Positions 9,472 to 19,866 of a stretch of 64,000 nucleotides of DNA are shown piece by piece. The translations under genes and the position numbers were made by a program. Positions within the stretch are counted from its first letter, which is position 1. Each line of letters opens with the position of its first letter. A model generated the notes under the pieces. That model was not told the DNA's origin, ran no database searches, and saw only the letters and a program-made list of their open reading frames with translations. The stretch is from sequence record MZ622713.1; one strand, 5' to 3'.

Positions 9472-11613
9472 ATGAGCTACATTATCCACCCTTGGAACCC
9501 CTTTGGGGACAATGAAAAGAGTGTGGTATATAACGAATCGATCAGTGCGTTAGGTGAGGAGCGTAGTTTATTAGTTCCTCGTTACGGCCCGTTCTTTGAG
9601 AAAGATTTAGTTCTTAAAGATGCGCAAACGGGTGTCGAACTAAAGCCGGGTCGTGATTTCGTTTTCAGCTACCCATTCGACGATTTCATTAAGTACTACA
9701 ATCGTACGGTTTTCGGCGGTATCACTCTTTTAGAGAGTGGACGTAACCGTCAGTTAATCCTTGAAAGTTACAAAACGATCGGTGAACCGTTTACTCAAAA
9801 CGACCAAGACTTTATCCGTCTTTGTTCTACGATCATTCACTCTGAGCGTATCGCGGACTGGAGTCAGGTGGTTAACCTACCTATGGAAGGTTTCCCGTCT
9901 GACCCACACTCCCATGAACCTGACCTAACGTACAACTACCATAAATTGATTGAGGTATTGACTGCGTTAGATCAAGCTCAACGTAACGAGTTCAACAACC
10001 CTACCGTAGCATCTGAGTTAGCAGAACACGTTACTCAAGCTTTCAAACTTGCTCACCCAGAAGTGAACGCCGCTGACTTTAACCTCGGTAACGTTCAAGA
10101 CTTCGGTGTCGCAACAGAGAACGATCTTAACGGTAACTCAGATCAACTTTACTTAACGTTAGCTAAAGGTCGTAAGTTAACCGAGATCGTATTAAAAGAG
10201 CTTGGTATTTATCCTGACGACACACCAACTGCTCCGGGAAGTGATGACGATCTAGATAAACCTCTTACGCTTCGTGAAGCGCTCGCCATGTTCATGGATA
10301 AAGACAGTGATCTAGGTGAGATTGATTCACGTGGTAAAGCAGCCCGCCGTAACGCCAGAAACAACCTTGGCTTAGGTGAAGCAGCGACAGCCGGCATAGA
10401 ACAAACTATCGGTAGTAGCTTAAAGGCTTTAATGTCCCAAAAAGCTATTACTGACGAGTTGGGTAAGCTAGTACCTAAGACGTTAAAAATTAACGGTCAG
10501 CCGTTAACCAAAGACATCATTATTGATGTCAATGACAACGACTCTTATTCTCGTGCTGAATCCGACCAACTGTTGGCGAAGAAGTTCGATAAGACTTCAG
10601 TGGTACAAGGTGTAGGTGGTGGTACTGGAACAGTAATGTCTCAAAAAGGTGTTACTGATCAGTTAAACGCTAAAGTACCTAATACTCGTAAAGTCAACGG
10701 CAAAGCATTAAGCTCAGACGTCACATTGACCGCTGCTGACATTAACGTCTTCACCAAGACCGAAGTCAACAACTTAGTCAATGGCCGTGTACCTAACAGT
10801 CGAACAGTCAATGGTAAGGCGTTAAGTTCTAACATCAGCTTGAGTTCTGCTGACGTTGGTGCTTACTCAAAAGCTGAAGTGAACACCCGTCTTGACGGTA
10901 AGTTTGACAAAGCGAACCTGACTAACAACTTAGGTACAAGCACCGTACACGCTATGACACAAAAAGGTGTTAATGACGCTATTAACACTCGTGTCCCTAC
11001 CAGCCGAACCATTAACGGCAAAGCGCTAACTGCAAACATTAGTTTGAGTGCCGCTAACGTAGGTGCGTATACGAAATCTGAAGTAGACACGCGTCTAAAT
11101 GCTAAGTTCGATAAGTCTAACTTAACCAGCTCACTGGGTACGAGTACAGCTCACGCCATGACTCAGAAGGGTGTGAACGACGCCATTGCAGGACGTGTAC
11201 CAACTTCACGTACTATCAACGGTAAACCACTAACCAGTAACATCTCACTAACTGCGGCAGACGTCGGCTTAAACTTAGTGGAAAACAAACGCTGGGTACG
11301 TATTAAGACGGCATCAGTCAGCTTTAACCTACGTAACGGTTACCGTGTTTTCACTGGTGAGGTTGACACTGGTATTCGTCTACCTTACAACGATGGTCGA
11401 CGTTTTGACACTGGTCGTTTCCGTGTTATCCCAGAAACGCTCGGTGGTATCGAATCGAGTAACCCTAATAACTGTTGGTGGGGTGTGGACTACGACATCG
11501 TCTTGAGACAGTACTGGAACAAAGGCCATCAAGTATGGATTAGATTCTACGGTTCAGGCGCTTACATCGCGGTCGGTAAAATCACCAACTATGAATTGTG
11601 GGAATGGAAATAA
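9472..11613 (+). CDS. Tail fibre with VP.SRT(V/I)NGK.L..(N/D)I.L.AADV repeats
   Basis: Likely start MSYIIHPWNP (9472); jumbo-phage fibre N-domain (LVPRYGPFF); tandem fibre repeats. Confidence 0.8.
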   Translation: MSYIIHPWNPFGDNEKSVVYNESISALGEERSLLVPRYGPFFEKDLVLKDAQTGVELKPGRDFVFSYPFDDFIKYYNRTVFGGITLLESGRNRQLILESYKTIGEPFTQNDQDFIRLCSTIIHSERIADWSQVVNLPMEGFPSDPHSHEPDLTYNYHKLIEVLTALDQAQRNEFNNPTVASELAEHVTQAFKLAHPEVNAADFNLGNVQDFGVATENDLNGNSDQLYLTLAKGRKLTEIVLKELGIYPDDTPTAPGSDDDLDKPLTLREALAMFMDKDSDLGEIDSRGKAARRNARNNLGLGEAATAGIEQTIGSSLKALMSQKAITDELGKLVPKTLKINGQPLTKDIIIDVNDNDSYSRAESDQLLAKKFDKTSVVQGVGGGTGTVMSQKGVTDQLNAKVPNTRKVNGKALSSDVTLTAADINVFTKTEVNNLVNGRVPNSRTVNGKALSSNISLSSADVGAYSKAEVNTRLDGKFDKANLTNNLGTSTVHAMTQKGVNDAINTRVPTSRTINGKALTANISLSAANVGAYTKSEVDTRLNAKFDKSNLTSSLGTSTAHAMTQKGVNDAIAGRVPTSRTINGKPLTSNISLTAADVGLNLVENKRWVRIKTASVSFNLRNGYRVFTGEVDTGIRLPYNDGRRFDTGRFRVIPETLGGIESSNPNNCWWGVDYDIVLRQYWNKGHQVWIRFYGSGAYIAVGKITNYELWEWK
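10378..11270 (+). repeat. Tandem ~67-aa fibre shaft repeats
   Basis: Units such as GAY(S/T)K.EV.TRL..KFDK.NLT..LGTST.HAMTQKGVNDAI..RVPTSRTINGK.LT.NISL.AA.V occur about four times, plus one half unit. Confidence 0.85.
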
Positions 11614-11625
11614 CACTTCCTTAGT

Positions 11626-11660
11626 TATAATCCAGAGGTCCAATGGACCTCTGGATTATA
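11626..11660 (+). terminator. Hairpin after tail fibre 1
   Basis: Perfect 16-bp stem TATAATCCAGAGGTCC-AAT-GGACCTCTGGATTATA. Confidence 0.75.
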
Positions 11661-11731
11661 TTACTGTATGAAGAATTTTATGATTCACTAACTTCTAGGG
11701 TAACCACCCGGAACTTATTAAAGGACGGATT

Positions 11732-14700
11732 ATGAACCTCCCCGAGATTAAACAATATCGGTTTGATGTATCAGGTGGAACGACTGAAAACCTCGTACCT
11801 CGCGAACTGATTCCTGCCAGTGACGAACGTAATGCAAAGATCGTGGTCCCTAGACACGCACCTTTCTTTATTGAGTCAGTAAACGTGTACCGAGCAGGTC
11901 ACACTATCCCATTAAACCTTGGCGAACATTACGACTTCGTAAGTATCGACCATGAACTATCTGAGTACTGTGGTAACCGTGTCTCTTGGGTTATTCGTAA
12001 ATTAAAAGACGACTTACCAGACTTAGAGATCACTTACCAAACTCTAGGTACGGTGCCGGTATTAACTGAGACCACTAAATACTGGTATGAAGCAGCAGCT
12101 CTAGACCAACGCCCAGTTTGGTTTGACCAACTACTGAATAAGCCACGTCATTTCATTCCGATGTTACACGGACATGACTTAGCCAAAGGTTTCTTTAACT
12201 TCAGTCGTATTATCGAGATCTACGAGAAGCGTTACGAAACTATGTTTAGTGAAGACGCTATGATTCCTTACCGTGATTGGTTTGTTGGTCAGCTCAATAA
12301 CCTAAAGACTTACGTGGAACCTTACCGTCTACTTTTAGAGCGCTATACTGACAACCACATCGATAATAAAGACGACCCTCACGGTACACGATCAAAGGAC
12401 ATCCCGGGTCTGGATAACCTTGATAGTGTTAAGACCGCCGATCGTCAACAAATCTTAGATGGTCTAAGTTCTAAACATCGTGTGGTCAGTGGTCAAGCAA
12501 AAGAAAGAATGCAAGCCGAGGGCCCTCGTAAAGTCGATCACTTACCTAACATTTTCCTAGGGGAAAATAAACAAGTGACTGGTACGGTTGTAGGTGAAGA
12601 CTTACCAGTTCCTGTTACTGAGATTTCAGTAGGCATTAAAGACATACTGATGAGTGTTTACGTAGACCGTACTGGGGTGGGTCGTGGTGAACAGATGTTC
12701 TTAGGTAAAGACGGTTATCAAGTTAGTCGTATTGTGAACCCTAACCCGATTAGTGCTCACCGTAATCCTGAGAAAAACATCTGGTATAACACCCATCGCT
12801 CTCCGGGATACGACATCCTAATCGCCGGTGGTAATGCTGATGCCCGAATCGGTTACCGTAAAAGTGATAAGCGTTGGTTACTTATTATGGACCGACCTCA
12901 AATCACTGACCATGATCAACAACCTACTCATACGGTGACCATCTCTGGTGACATGAGTGATGTACTGAACAACTTCCGTGAGTATCGTTTGGTACACACC
13001 GAAGGCGCTGTGCATCTGGTGCGTACGGTAGATCATCGTTTGAAACCAACGGTCATTTGGAAAACCATCAAGTACGATAAAGTAGCGGGCACTGCGACAG
13101 CGGTGACTGAATATACATTTAAGTATAACACCATCAACGATAATACGGCGTATAACGAACGTGGTCGCGTGGTGATGTTCCACCGTGGTTTTAATGCCGG
13201 TAAGTATTCCAACGGTGACTTGGTGTTCTCAGACCCAGTAGATTTGATCAGTGAAGACAACCAAGTGTTATTACTTCCTACTGTGTTTAAGGGTAAACTT
13301 TACGTAGAGTTCTTGTTACCGGAAACCTTCAGTTACAAAGGTGAACAAAGACGTTATGTCCACTCACACATGGCTGAGATGAACATGAACCACTCTACCA
13401 AGGTAGTCACCCTAACTTGGACGGATACCCGAGCTCGACCATACATCGTAACTGAGCGTTTGTTCTCTGACAATCCGGAAGCAAACAACTACTTCGAACA
13501 AGTAGCGGTTCCTTTCCCATTCGAATTAACCAGCCGTCGTGCTTCATTAGTAAGCATGAGTCAAGAAGGTTACTTTGGGTTTGGCTTTAAAGAATGTGGT
13601 TGTGCGGAGATGTTTAGCATCCGTTTAACGCCCGGAGCTTACACACTAAACGAGAAAGGACGTCTTTGGCATCTAGCGGATACCGGAGAGTTTAACGTTA
13701 CTCGTATTGGTGGTTCTTCTCCTACCGTCTACGACCGTTTAGATGCTGGACACATTATCCCTATGAACCCGTACATGGGTGTCTGGGCTGAGTCTAATGA
13801 GCGACATCGCTACGGACTGGTGAAAGGTATTCATTCAGAAAACGGTATGGGTTTCTTCTATAAGAACTTATACGGTGGGGTGAATGACTTAACGGTTGCA
13901 GGTGTTAAGGTTAAAACCAGTTTACCATTGGACAACATCGATTACGTACATGATCTTCCTCCATACGGTTGGATTGGTACTTGTCTGGATGTGTCCGAAC
14001 GGGAGAGTGAGTTCGTATGGTCCGTGGGTGGTTCAGATGCACCGACTTCCCATATCCCTAATCAGGTTGGTTTCGGTGGTGGTAACTACAAGGTCATCAA
14101 CTACGTAGAAGCCACAGACGCGTTCTTAACCAGCATGGGTGTCAATCTATCTGGTCATTGGACAATGGTCTTAGGAGCACGCTACGGGCTTCCTGATCTG
14201 ATTTACAACACTTACCCTGAAGGTGGTCAAGTCAAGACTAAAGTTTTGATATTCCGATTGAACGCTAACTCGTTAACTCGAATTGATGGTCTGCATAACG
14301 GTACCCCAGTAAGTCGTCTGTCTGCTGGTGATAAAGCGACGGTGTTACACCAACGTACTTTGACCCACACTACCCCGGCTTACATCAAACGAACTAAGGT
14401 CAATAAACCTGAACCTACTTTGAACACGAACGTGATCAACGTATTGGTGGGTGACTCTGGTCGTACAACTATCATGGTTTGTCCTAACAACCGATTCGGT
14501 AATGACTCACATCATACCACGTACCCTATCACTTTGGTGATCAACCAATCTGACAGCAGTGTGGTGGTGTTTGATGAAGAACGTTTCGATGGATGTATTG
14601 GGTTGTCTCCAGACTTCGGTTGGGTTAAGACCACCTTTGCAGAACAAACCAAGTTCGGTGGGATGATCAATGCTGGGGTTCAGTTAAACACGGGTTACCA

Positions 14701-14998
14701 AGTTCGTCCGTCTTATATTCCTGCGGCGAGTGGACCAGTCGGTATGTTTAACATCATTCCTGAGAACGTACACCAATTGTACTTCCCAGTCCCTATGGTT
14801 GCATTACGTGGTGATACCCTAGATCGTTCTGAGATGTTAGTTTACAACACTAAACAACTCATCAACGGTGCGTCAGCTGTTTACGACATTTATCTAGTAC
14901 AAGGACCTAACGGACTTTACTTAGAAGCGGGTAACGCTAAACAACTCGATGACGGGTACTCTGTCGAAGTAACACAAGCTGGTGTTAAACTGATTTAA
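11732..14998 (+). CDS. Tail fibre / tail-tip protein (phiKZ gp131-135-like family)
   Basis: 1088 aa; N-domain RFDVSG...IVVPRHAPFF shared with neighbours; H..NKDDPHGT hinge motif; beta-rich C-terminus. Confidence 0.7.
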   Translation: MNLPEIKQYRFDVSGGTTENLVPRELIPASDERNAKIVVPRHAPFFIESVNVYRAGHTIPLNLGEHYDFVSIDHELSEYCGNRVSWVIRKLKDDLPDLEITYQTLGTVPVLTETTKYWYEAAALDQRPVWFDQLLNKPRHFIPMLHGHDLAKGFFNFSRIIEIYEKRYETMFSEDAMIPYRDWFVGQLNNLKTYVEPYRLLLERYTDNHIDNKDDPHGTRSKDIPGLDNLDSVKTADRQQILDGLSSKHRVVSGQAKERMQAEGPRKVDHLPNIFLGENKQVTGTVVGEDLPVPVTEISVGIKDILMSVYVDRTGVGRGEQMFLGKDGYQVSRIVNPNPISAHRNPEKNIWYNTHRSPGYDILIAGGNADARIGYRKSDKRWLLIMDRPQITDHDQQPTHTVTISGDMSDVLNNFREYRLVHTEGAVHLVRTVDHRLKPTVIWKTIKYDKVAGTATAVTEYTFKYNTINDNTAYNERGRVVMFHRGFNAGKYSNGDLVFSDPVDLISEDNQVLLLPTVFKGKLYVEFLLPETFSYKGEQRRYVHSHMAEMNMNHSTKVVTLTWTDTRARPYIVTERLFSDNPEANNYFEQVAVPFPFELTSRRASLVSMSQEGYFGFGFKECGCAEMFSIRLTPGAYTLNEKGRLWHLADTGEFNVTRIGGSSPTVYDRLDAGHIIPMNPYMGVWAESNERHRYGLVKGIHSENGMGFFYKNLYGGVNDLTVAGVKVKTSLPLDNIDYVHDLPPYGWIGTCLDVSERESEFVWSVGGSDAPTSHIPNQVGFGGGNYKVINYVEATDAFLTSMGVNLSGHWTMVLGARYGLPDLIYNTYPEGGQVKTKVLIFRLNANSLTRIDGLHNGTPVSRLSAGDKATVLHQRTLTHTTPAYIKRTKVNKPEPTLNTNVINVLVGDSGRTTIMVCPNNRFGNDSHHTTYPITLVINQSDSSVVVFDEERFDGCIGLSPDFGWVKTTFAEQTKFGGMINAGVQLNTGYQVRPSYIPAASGPVGMFNIIPENVHQLYFPVPMVALRGDTLDRSEMLVYNTKQLINGASAVYDIYLVQGPNGLYLEAGNAKQLDDGYSVEVTQAGVKLI

Positions 14999-15002
14999 TC
15001 TT

Positions 15003-15020
15003 AGGGAGGGTAACCTCCCT
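15003..15020 (+). terminator. Short GC hairpin between fibre genes
   Basis: AGGGAGG-GTAA-CCTCCCT followed by TTCT. Confidence 0.55.
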
Positions 15021-15042
15021 TTCTCATTACAACGAGGACCTT

Positions 15043-17250
15043 ATGGAAATTGTTAAGGTTTTACCCTTAGACCTAAGAGCTGAGTTAGCGTCAAACTATA
15101 TTGATGAAACCCAGCCGGTCACTATTTTATCTCGTGACTGGTACCGTCCTGACTACAGTCCTTTTTACGTAGATGACTTCGAGCTGTACGACGGGGAAGG
15201 AATGTTGTTGAAACACAACGTTCACTACACGTTCGAATCTTTGAACCAAGAGATGCTGGATAAAACAGGTCGTCGTGTTTATCAGTTCTTCCGCATCAAA
15301 GATATTACGTTAAACTATAAAAAGTCTTATCGTATTAAATACCGCAGTATTGGTAACACTGGTTTCCCTCGTTCACTAATCGGTAAGATGGTGAATGATT
15401 TGGTCAACAGTGATTACTGGGTGGACTGGGACACACAAGTGTTAGGTAAACCACCTACCATGCCCGCTTATCAACACTGGCACGATGTGGCAACCGAAGT
15501 AGCTAACTGGGACCAGTTCATCGACTTCGCCAAACAACACTTAAACTTTGTTATGGAAACCAAGCGTAATCATTACGACCGCACCATGGCAATGATTAAC
15601 CAAGTCGAAGGTTTGTTCAGTAAAGAACACAAAGACTACCGTGCTCGTTTGAAAGAACACGATCAGAATTACAACAACCCGCATAAACTCACCAGAGAAC
15701 ACTTTGAGCTAGGGGAAATCCCTAACCTTCCTTTAGCTACACCTAAGGAAGACTATCAAGGTGGTGCACCTAACCGTTTCACGACACCAAAGGGATTAGC
15801 CATTGCGGTACGAGATCGTCAACGTATGTCACCGACTCTGGTTCGTTCAGGAGAGTTAAAGGTTAACGCGTTGCATGAACTCGGTGGGCTATCAACGGTT
15901 GCACCTGCACGTACCTTTAACATCGGTAAGTTGATTCGTGCTTCGGTAGTCCGTCACGGTATGGATGGAATCAACTTCTACGTGGGTGACGCCAGTGGGA
16001 TGCCTAGTACATCTTTGTACGCCAAAGATGGTGAGTTAACCTTAACGGGTAAACTCAATACCATTTTCAATGACGTGCCAAAGTTTGATGTGGTGTTACG
16101 TTGTGTGGGCGATGGTGTTGTGCTAACCCAGTCTACGTCCAAGGTAGGTCGTTATTACCCTAATCCTAACGACTTCCTAGACCCGAACAGTTCTGACTAT
16201 TATTCCTTAGACCTCACGTTGCTCGCGAGCCACTTTGGTGCTAACTGGGAGAACAGCTGTTGGTTCATTCCTATTAAAGGTGGGTTGTTGGTGGTACATC
16301 ATAATGCGACGTTACCTACGAAACCATTCTTAATGGATTTCCGTATGTTTACGTTCAACACCAACACCGGCCCAGCACCTACTTATTCACCAACCACTTT
16401 CACATTCGATTACGAGAGTGCAACTGGAGTGGATATCAAAGACGCTACCCGTATGTCTTTTGTGGAAGTATTGGAAGGTAGTGTATCTGGAACGTTTACT
16501 CGTTACCACCATGAGTTTACGACCCCTATTAAAGTGGCGGCGCTAGCAGGTCACGGTATGGCGATCATCGCGGATAACAATCCAAACAACCCAGACTTAA
16601 CCATGATTAAAATCTTGGCGTCTGCTACGTTGGATGGGAAGGATTATCCTATCGAGATGGCTTGGGAGTTTGATAATAAAGAACGTCGTTTTAGTCGCAT
16701 GGAGTCGGGCAGTAATGTTCGTCTAGTCGACAACGCAGCTAACGCACCTGAGTTTTCTAAACACATGGTGAAACTAACCAAGGGTGGTTACATCTATCCT
16801 ACCCTAGGTTACGCTAACGACGGCTCTATTGTAAACTACTTCGGTAACGGTAAATACACCGCGGGTAAAGTGGAATGTAAAAACTTCATCGAGTTCTACC
16901 GCACTTCCATTGAACACAAACTCTCAACTGAGGTGGTTTCTAAAGACTTAACCGTCGGTCTAGTGGTTCCTTCCGCACCAGATAGCTTTAACTGGACGGT
17001 GGTGGTTCCTAATGATTGTGAGATCATCTATAACGGTACCCGTAAAATCTTGAAAGCGGGGATGTTAGACGTTCGAACTATGATCGGTTGGACTTCAGGA
17101 GTGAATACCGTAAGACTGAGTGTTTATTCCGCATCAGACGGCTTACGTTTAACTGTTAACGGTAGTCGAATGAAAGGTGCTTTCCAAATCGCTACCATCG
17201 AAGCGGACAGTACAGGTATCATCAAATTTACTAAAGTGACCGGAGTCTAA
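15043..17250 (+). CDS. Tail fibre family protein
   Basis: 735 aa; paralogous N-domain (LPLDLR...RPDYSPFY) and HDQNYNNPHKLT...FTTPKGL motif; GAGGA Shine-Dalgarno. Confidence 0.7.
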   Translation: MEIVKVLPLDLRAELASNYIDETQPVTILSRDWYRPDYSPFYVDDFELYDGEGMLLKHNVHYTFESLNQEMLDKTGRRVYQFFRIKDITLNYKKSYRIKYRSIGNTGFPRSLIGKMVNDLVNSDYWVDWDTQVLGKPPTMPAYQHWHDVATEVANWDQFIDFAKQHLNFVMETKRNHYDRTMAMINQVEGLFSKEHKDYRARLKEHDQNYNNPHKLTREHFELGEIPNLPLATPKEDYQGGAPNRFTTPKGLAIAVRDRQRMSPTLVRSGELKVNALHELGGLSTVAPARTFNIGKLIRASVVRHGMDGINFYVGDASGMPSTSLYAKDGELTLTGKLNTIFNDVPKFDVVLRCVGDGVVLTQSTSKVGRYYPNPNDFLDPNSSDYYSLDLTLLASHFGANWENSCWFIPIKGGLLVVHHNATLPTKPFLMDFRMFTFNTNTGPAPTYSPTTFTFDYESATGVDIKDATRMSFVEVLEGSVSGTFTRYHHEFTTPIKVAALAGHGMAIIADNNPNNPDLTMIKILASATLDGKDYPIEMAWEFDNKERRFSRMESGSNVRLVDNAANAPEFSKHMVKLTKGGYIYPTLGYANDGSIVNYFGNGKYTAGKVECKNFIEFYRTSIEHKLSTEVVSKDLTVGLVVPSAPDSFNWTVVVPNDCEIIYNGTRKILKAGMLDVRTMIGWTSGVNTVRLSVYSASDGLRLTVNGSRMKGAFQIATIEADSTGIIKFTKVTGV

Positions 17251-17251
17251 T

Positions 17252-19816
17252 ATGAAAGTCATAAGTGGTGGTATTCCGGGTAGACCCCAACATACCACGG
17301 GTGCAGGTGATCTGTATTCTAAGTTGCACAAAATAGCTTATGCGCGCGCTATTCAACTGGAAGACACTGATCAACTTACATCTAGCCTTGGTGAGGAGAT
17401 TAAAGCAAAAGTAGTCAGTAACTACAAAGCGTTGAACGACAAACTAAGTGAACACATTGCTAAAGAAGGACCTCAGCACGGAGAAACCTTAAAGTCCCTT
17501 GGTCTGAGCATGGTTAACGACTTCCCGCTCACCCACTGGTCCCATATCGTCGAAGGTGAAGTTTACAATGAGTACGTTACTCCTAAGACTTTGAACGATG
17601 CGTTACACCAAGTGGATTACGGGATTGTCCCTGATCTGTTAGGAGTGGGTCGTTTTAACCTTAATTACGTCGACTCATTGCGTGGCATGGGTAACTGGAT
17701 TTGGAACTCTGGTGAGAGTGGTGGGACTCAGGCTTGGGAACGTGGTAGTGTGATTGGTTACCTCGGTGGCTGTGCATATCTAGGTTATCCTATTCGTGGG
17801 TCCAGTACTTCACTGTTGATTGACGCTTACCCGGGTGCTAAACAAGTTCAAGGCTTGCGTCAAGTAGGGAGCTTGTTTGGTCCTAACACCTTAAACGCTT
17901 ACGGTTGGAACGCTATTGGTTACGTAGAGACATCCAGCTGGAAACCACCAGTGTTTGTAAACTTCCAAAGCTTCCCTTTTGGTGAAGAATACGGAGCAGC
18001 CATGCACGACCAAGGTGATGTTACCGCTACCGCTAACCACCTTACTTGGTTAGACCCAAACATCGACAGTGATTGTTTCGGTGGTGTGATCTCCGCTAAC
18101 CTTAATGGTATTCGTTTTGGTCTGGTGAACACAAAACCTGCTGTACAAAAATACAACGTAGGTATCAATGGCTCTAACTTCTTTGGTTGGGGATGTGATA
18201 TTATCCAAGACCCTAATGTGTTTAAGTACACATTCGAAGGGAACACCAGTACCGATAAACTGATCAGTGTTCCTTGGGAAACCTTGACAGGTAAGACCGG
18301 TATCGTGTTTGACCACGTTGGTGAAGTTCATGGTGGGTTTGAATGGATTGAACGTGGACGTGAGTTGTTTATCTTCTTAAGCGTAAACCTAAGTGACGCG
18401 GATGGTAATAAACATACAGCGTTCTTTGGTTGGGTAGCTAACCTACGTAACCTTAAAGCAGTAACCATCACTCGACTTAACACGCCGTTTGATTGGTCTA
18501 CTTCAGCAGTACCGAGCTTACCTACGGAACATCCATTCCATCCGGTTAATGGCGCTGGTTTGTTAAGAACACAAGGTGGTCACTCCAACATCTATACTCA
18601 CAACATGACGTCTATGGTGTTAGAACATGTTCACGAAATCTCTTCATTAAAAGAGGTTTATGATCGTTGTCTAGAACTTCCAGACTTACCGGTGGCTACT
18701 GAACTTCGTTTGAACATCGGCATGGCTCCTATGCATTTAGGTAGCGCTCAAGGTCGAATGTTCTTGATGAATGATCACACCATGGTGAATGGTCAGTTCA
18801 ATGGCTCGGGTGAGTGGACGTTCTATCGTCAGGAATGGCATGATGGGATGTTCTGGACCGGTAGTACTCACCTGCCTTGGAAGCCGCCTTCTGCAACTCG
18901 TTTGATCTCTGAGTTCAAAGAGTTTAACCAAGAGTGTGTGAATACCATCAACTCTAATGGAGAAGTCCAGCTTACCGGTTTGGTGTGGTCGACTGAAAAC
19001 CTCCATGAGGCGATCGGTACGGTACGTGGTGTGGTTGGTAAGGGAATGATGGGTAAGGTTGCCCATTTGACTGAATCATCGCGTACGGCCATCGAGAAGG
19101 ACCATAAGGCGTTCCTAGTTGATAACGATTACAATGCTTATGCTTGTGTGATGGTTTATCCGGTAGGTAACGATTACCAAGGTCTGGGGATGCGTTGTGA
19201 CCAACAAGGTAATGTGGAAGTAGCGAAGTTAGAAGTAAGTAAGGTGGGGGACGACTACCAAGTAAGTAAGGTTGGTGATTATCAGAACATCTACCAAAGC
19301 GAAGGTCCAGTTAATGGTCCGGGTAACTTACGTCGTTTCTTGAAACGAGACTTCTACGTGCACCTAAATGGTAATGATGTTCCTAAGATTACCATTAAAC
19401 ACCCTCTAATGGACCGTACGTTGATTTTACGCATTGCAGTAGGACCAACGTTCACCGTAGAGGAAACTTACGCTCCTGAGCCTAATGAGGTCGGTTTAAC
19501 ATTATTCCACATTGTTATGCCTACGACGTATGGTCCTATGATGCCGGTACCGGGTGGTTTATCAGGTTTCTATCGTTTGGGTGATTACTCAGTAGATGGA
19601 AGTCATGTTGCTTATCCAGACCGTTATGTGTACTTAGCCAACCCTAATGACACGGTAACCATCAAAGGTCGTAACTACGCAATACCTCCGGGTTTCAGTT
19701 GGAACTATGAGTCCAGTTCAAAAGCTAACTGTAGCTTCACGTTAAAAGACGGTGAACTGTATCCATTAGGAACAGCTCAAGAAGTGAACGGTGGGTTGCA
19801 TTACGAAAAACCATAA
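17252..19816 (+). CDS. Tail fibre family protein
   Basis: 854 aa; HIAKEGPQHGETLKSLGL...YVTPKTL hinge motif; beta-rich body; directly follows its paralogue. Confidence 0.6.
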   Translation: MKVISGGIPGRPQHTTGAGDLYSKLHKIAYARAIQLEDTDQLTSSLGEEIKAKVVSNYKALNDKLSEHIAKEGPQHGETLKSLGLSMVNDFPLTHWSHIVEGEVYNEYVTPKTLNDALHQVDYGIVPDLLGVGRFNLNYVDSLRGMGNWIWNSGESGGTQAWERGSVIGYLGGCAYLGYPIRGSSTSLLIDAYPGAKQVQGLRQVGSLFGPNTLNAYGWNAIGYVETSSWKPPVFVNFQSFPFGEEYGAAMHDQGDVTATANHLTWLDPNIDSDCFGGVISANLNGIRFGLVNTKPAVQKYNVGINGSNFFGWGCDIIQDPNVFKYTFEGNTSTDKLISVPWETLTGKTGIVFDHVGEVHGGFEWIERGRELFIFLSVNLSDADGNKHTAFFGWVANLRNLKAVTITRLNTPFDWSTSAVPSLPTEHPFHPVNGAGLLRTQGGHSNIYTHNMTSMVLEHVHEISSLKEVYDRCLELPDLPVATELRLNIGMAPMHLGSAQGRMFLMNDHTMVNGQFNGSGEWTFYRQEWHDGMFWTGSTHLPWKPPSATRLISEFKEFNQECVNTINSNGEVQLTGLVWSTENLHEAIGTVRGVVGKGMMGKVAHLTESSRTAIEKDHKAFLVDNDYNAYACVMVYPVGNDYQGLGMRCDQQGNVEVAKLEVSKVGDDYQVSKVGDYQNIYQSEGPVNGPGNLRRFLKRDFYVHLNGNDVPKITIKHPLMDRTLILRIAVGPTFTVEETYAPEPNEVGLTLFHIVMPTTYGPMMPVPGGLSGFYRLGDYSVDGSHVAYPDRYVYLANPNDTVTIKGRNYAIPPGFSWNYESSSKANCSFTLKDGELYPLGTAQEVNGGLHYEKP

Positions 19817-19822
19817 CCGATA

Positions 19823-19858
19823 ATAACTCCTACCTCCCGTTAAGGAGGTAGGAGTTAT
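19823..19858. terminator. Bidirectional terminator
   Basis: 15-bp stem ATAACTCCTACCTCC-CGTTAA-GGAGGTAGGAGTTAT, then a T-tract. Confidence 0.85.
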
Positions 19859-19866
19859 ATTCTTTT

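Noticed and set aside
9397-9489. Apparent head-to-head overlap of ORFs 8158..9489 and 9397..11613
   Set aside because: Both starts are over-extended; revised starts 9393 and 9472 leave a normal divergent gap.
11657-11664. TATATTAC upstream of tail fibre 2
   Set aside because: It overlaps a terminator stem, lacks the leading C and the GTGT element, and precedes a late gene.
9472-19816. Diversity-generating retroelement or invertible tail-fibre cassette
   Set aside because: No reverse transcriptase, invertase, near-identical TR/VR pair or inverted recombination sites seen.
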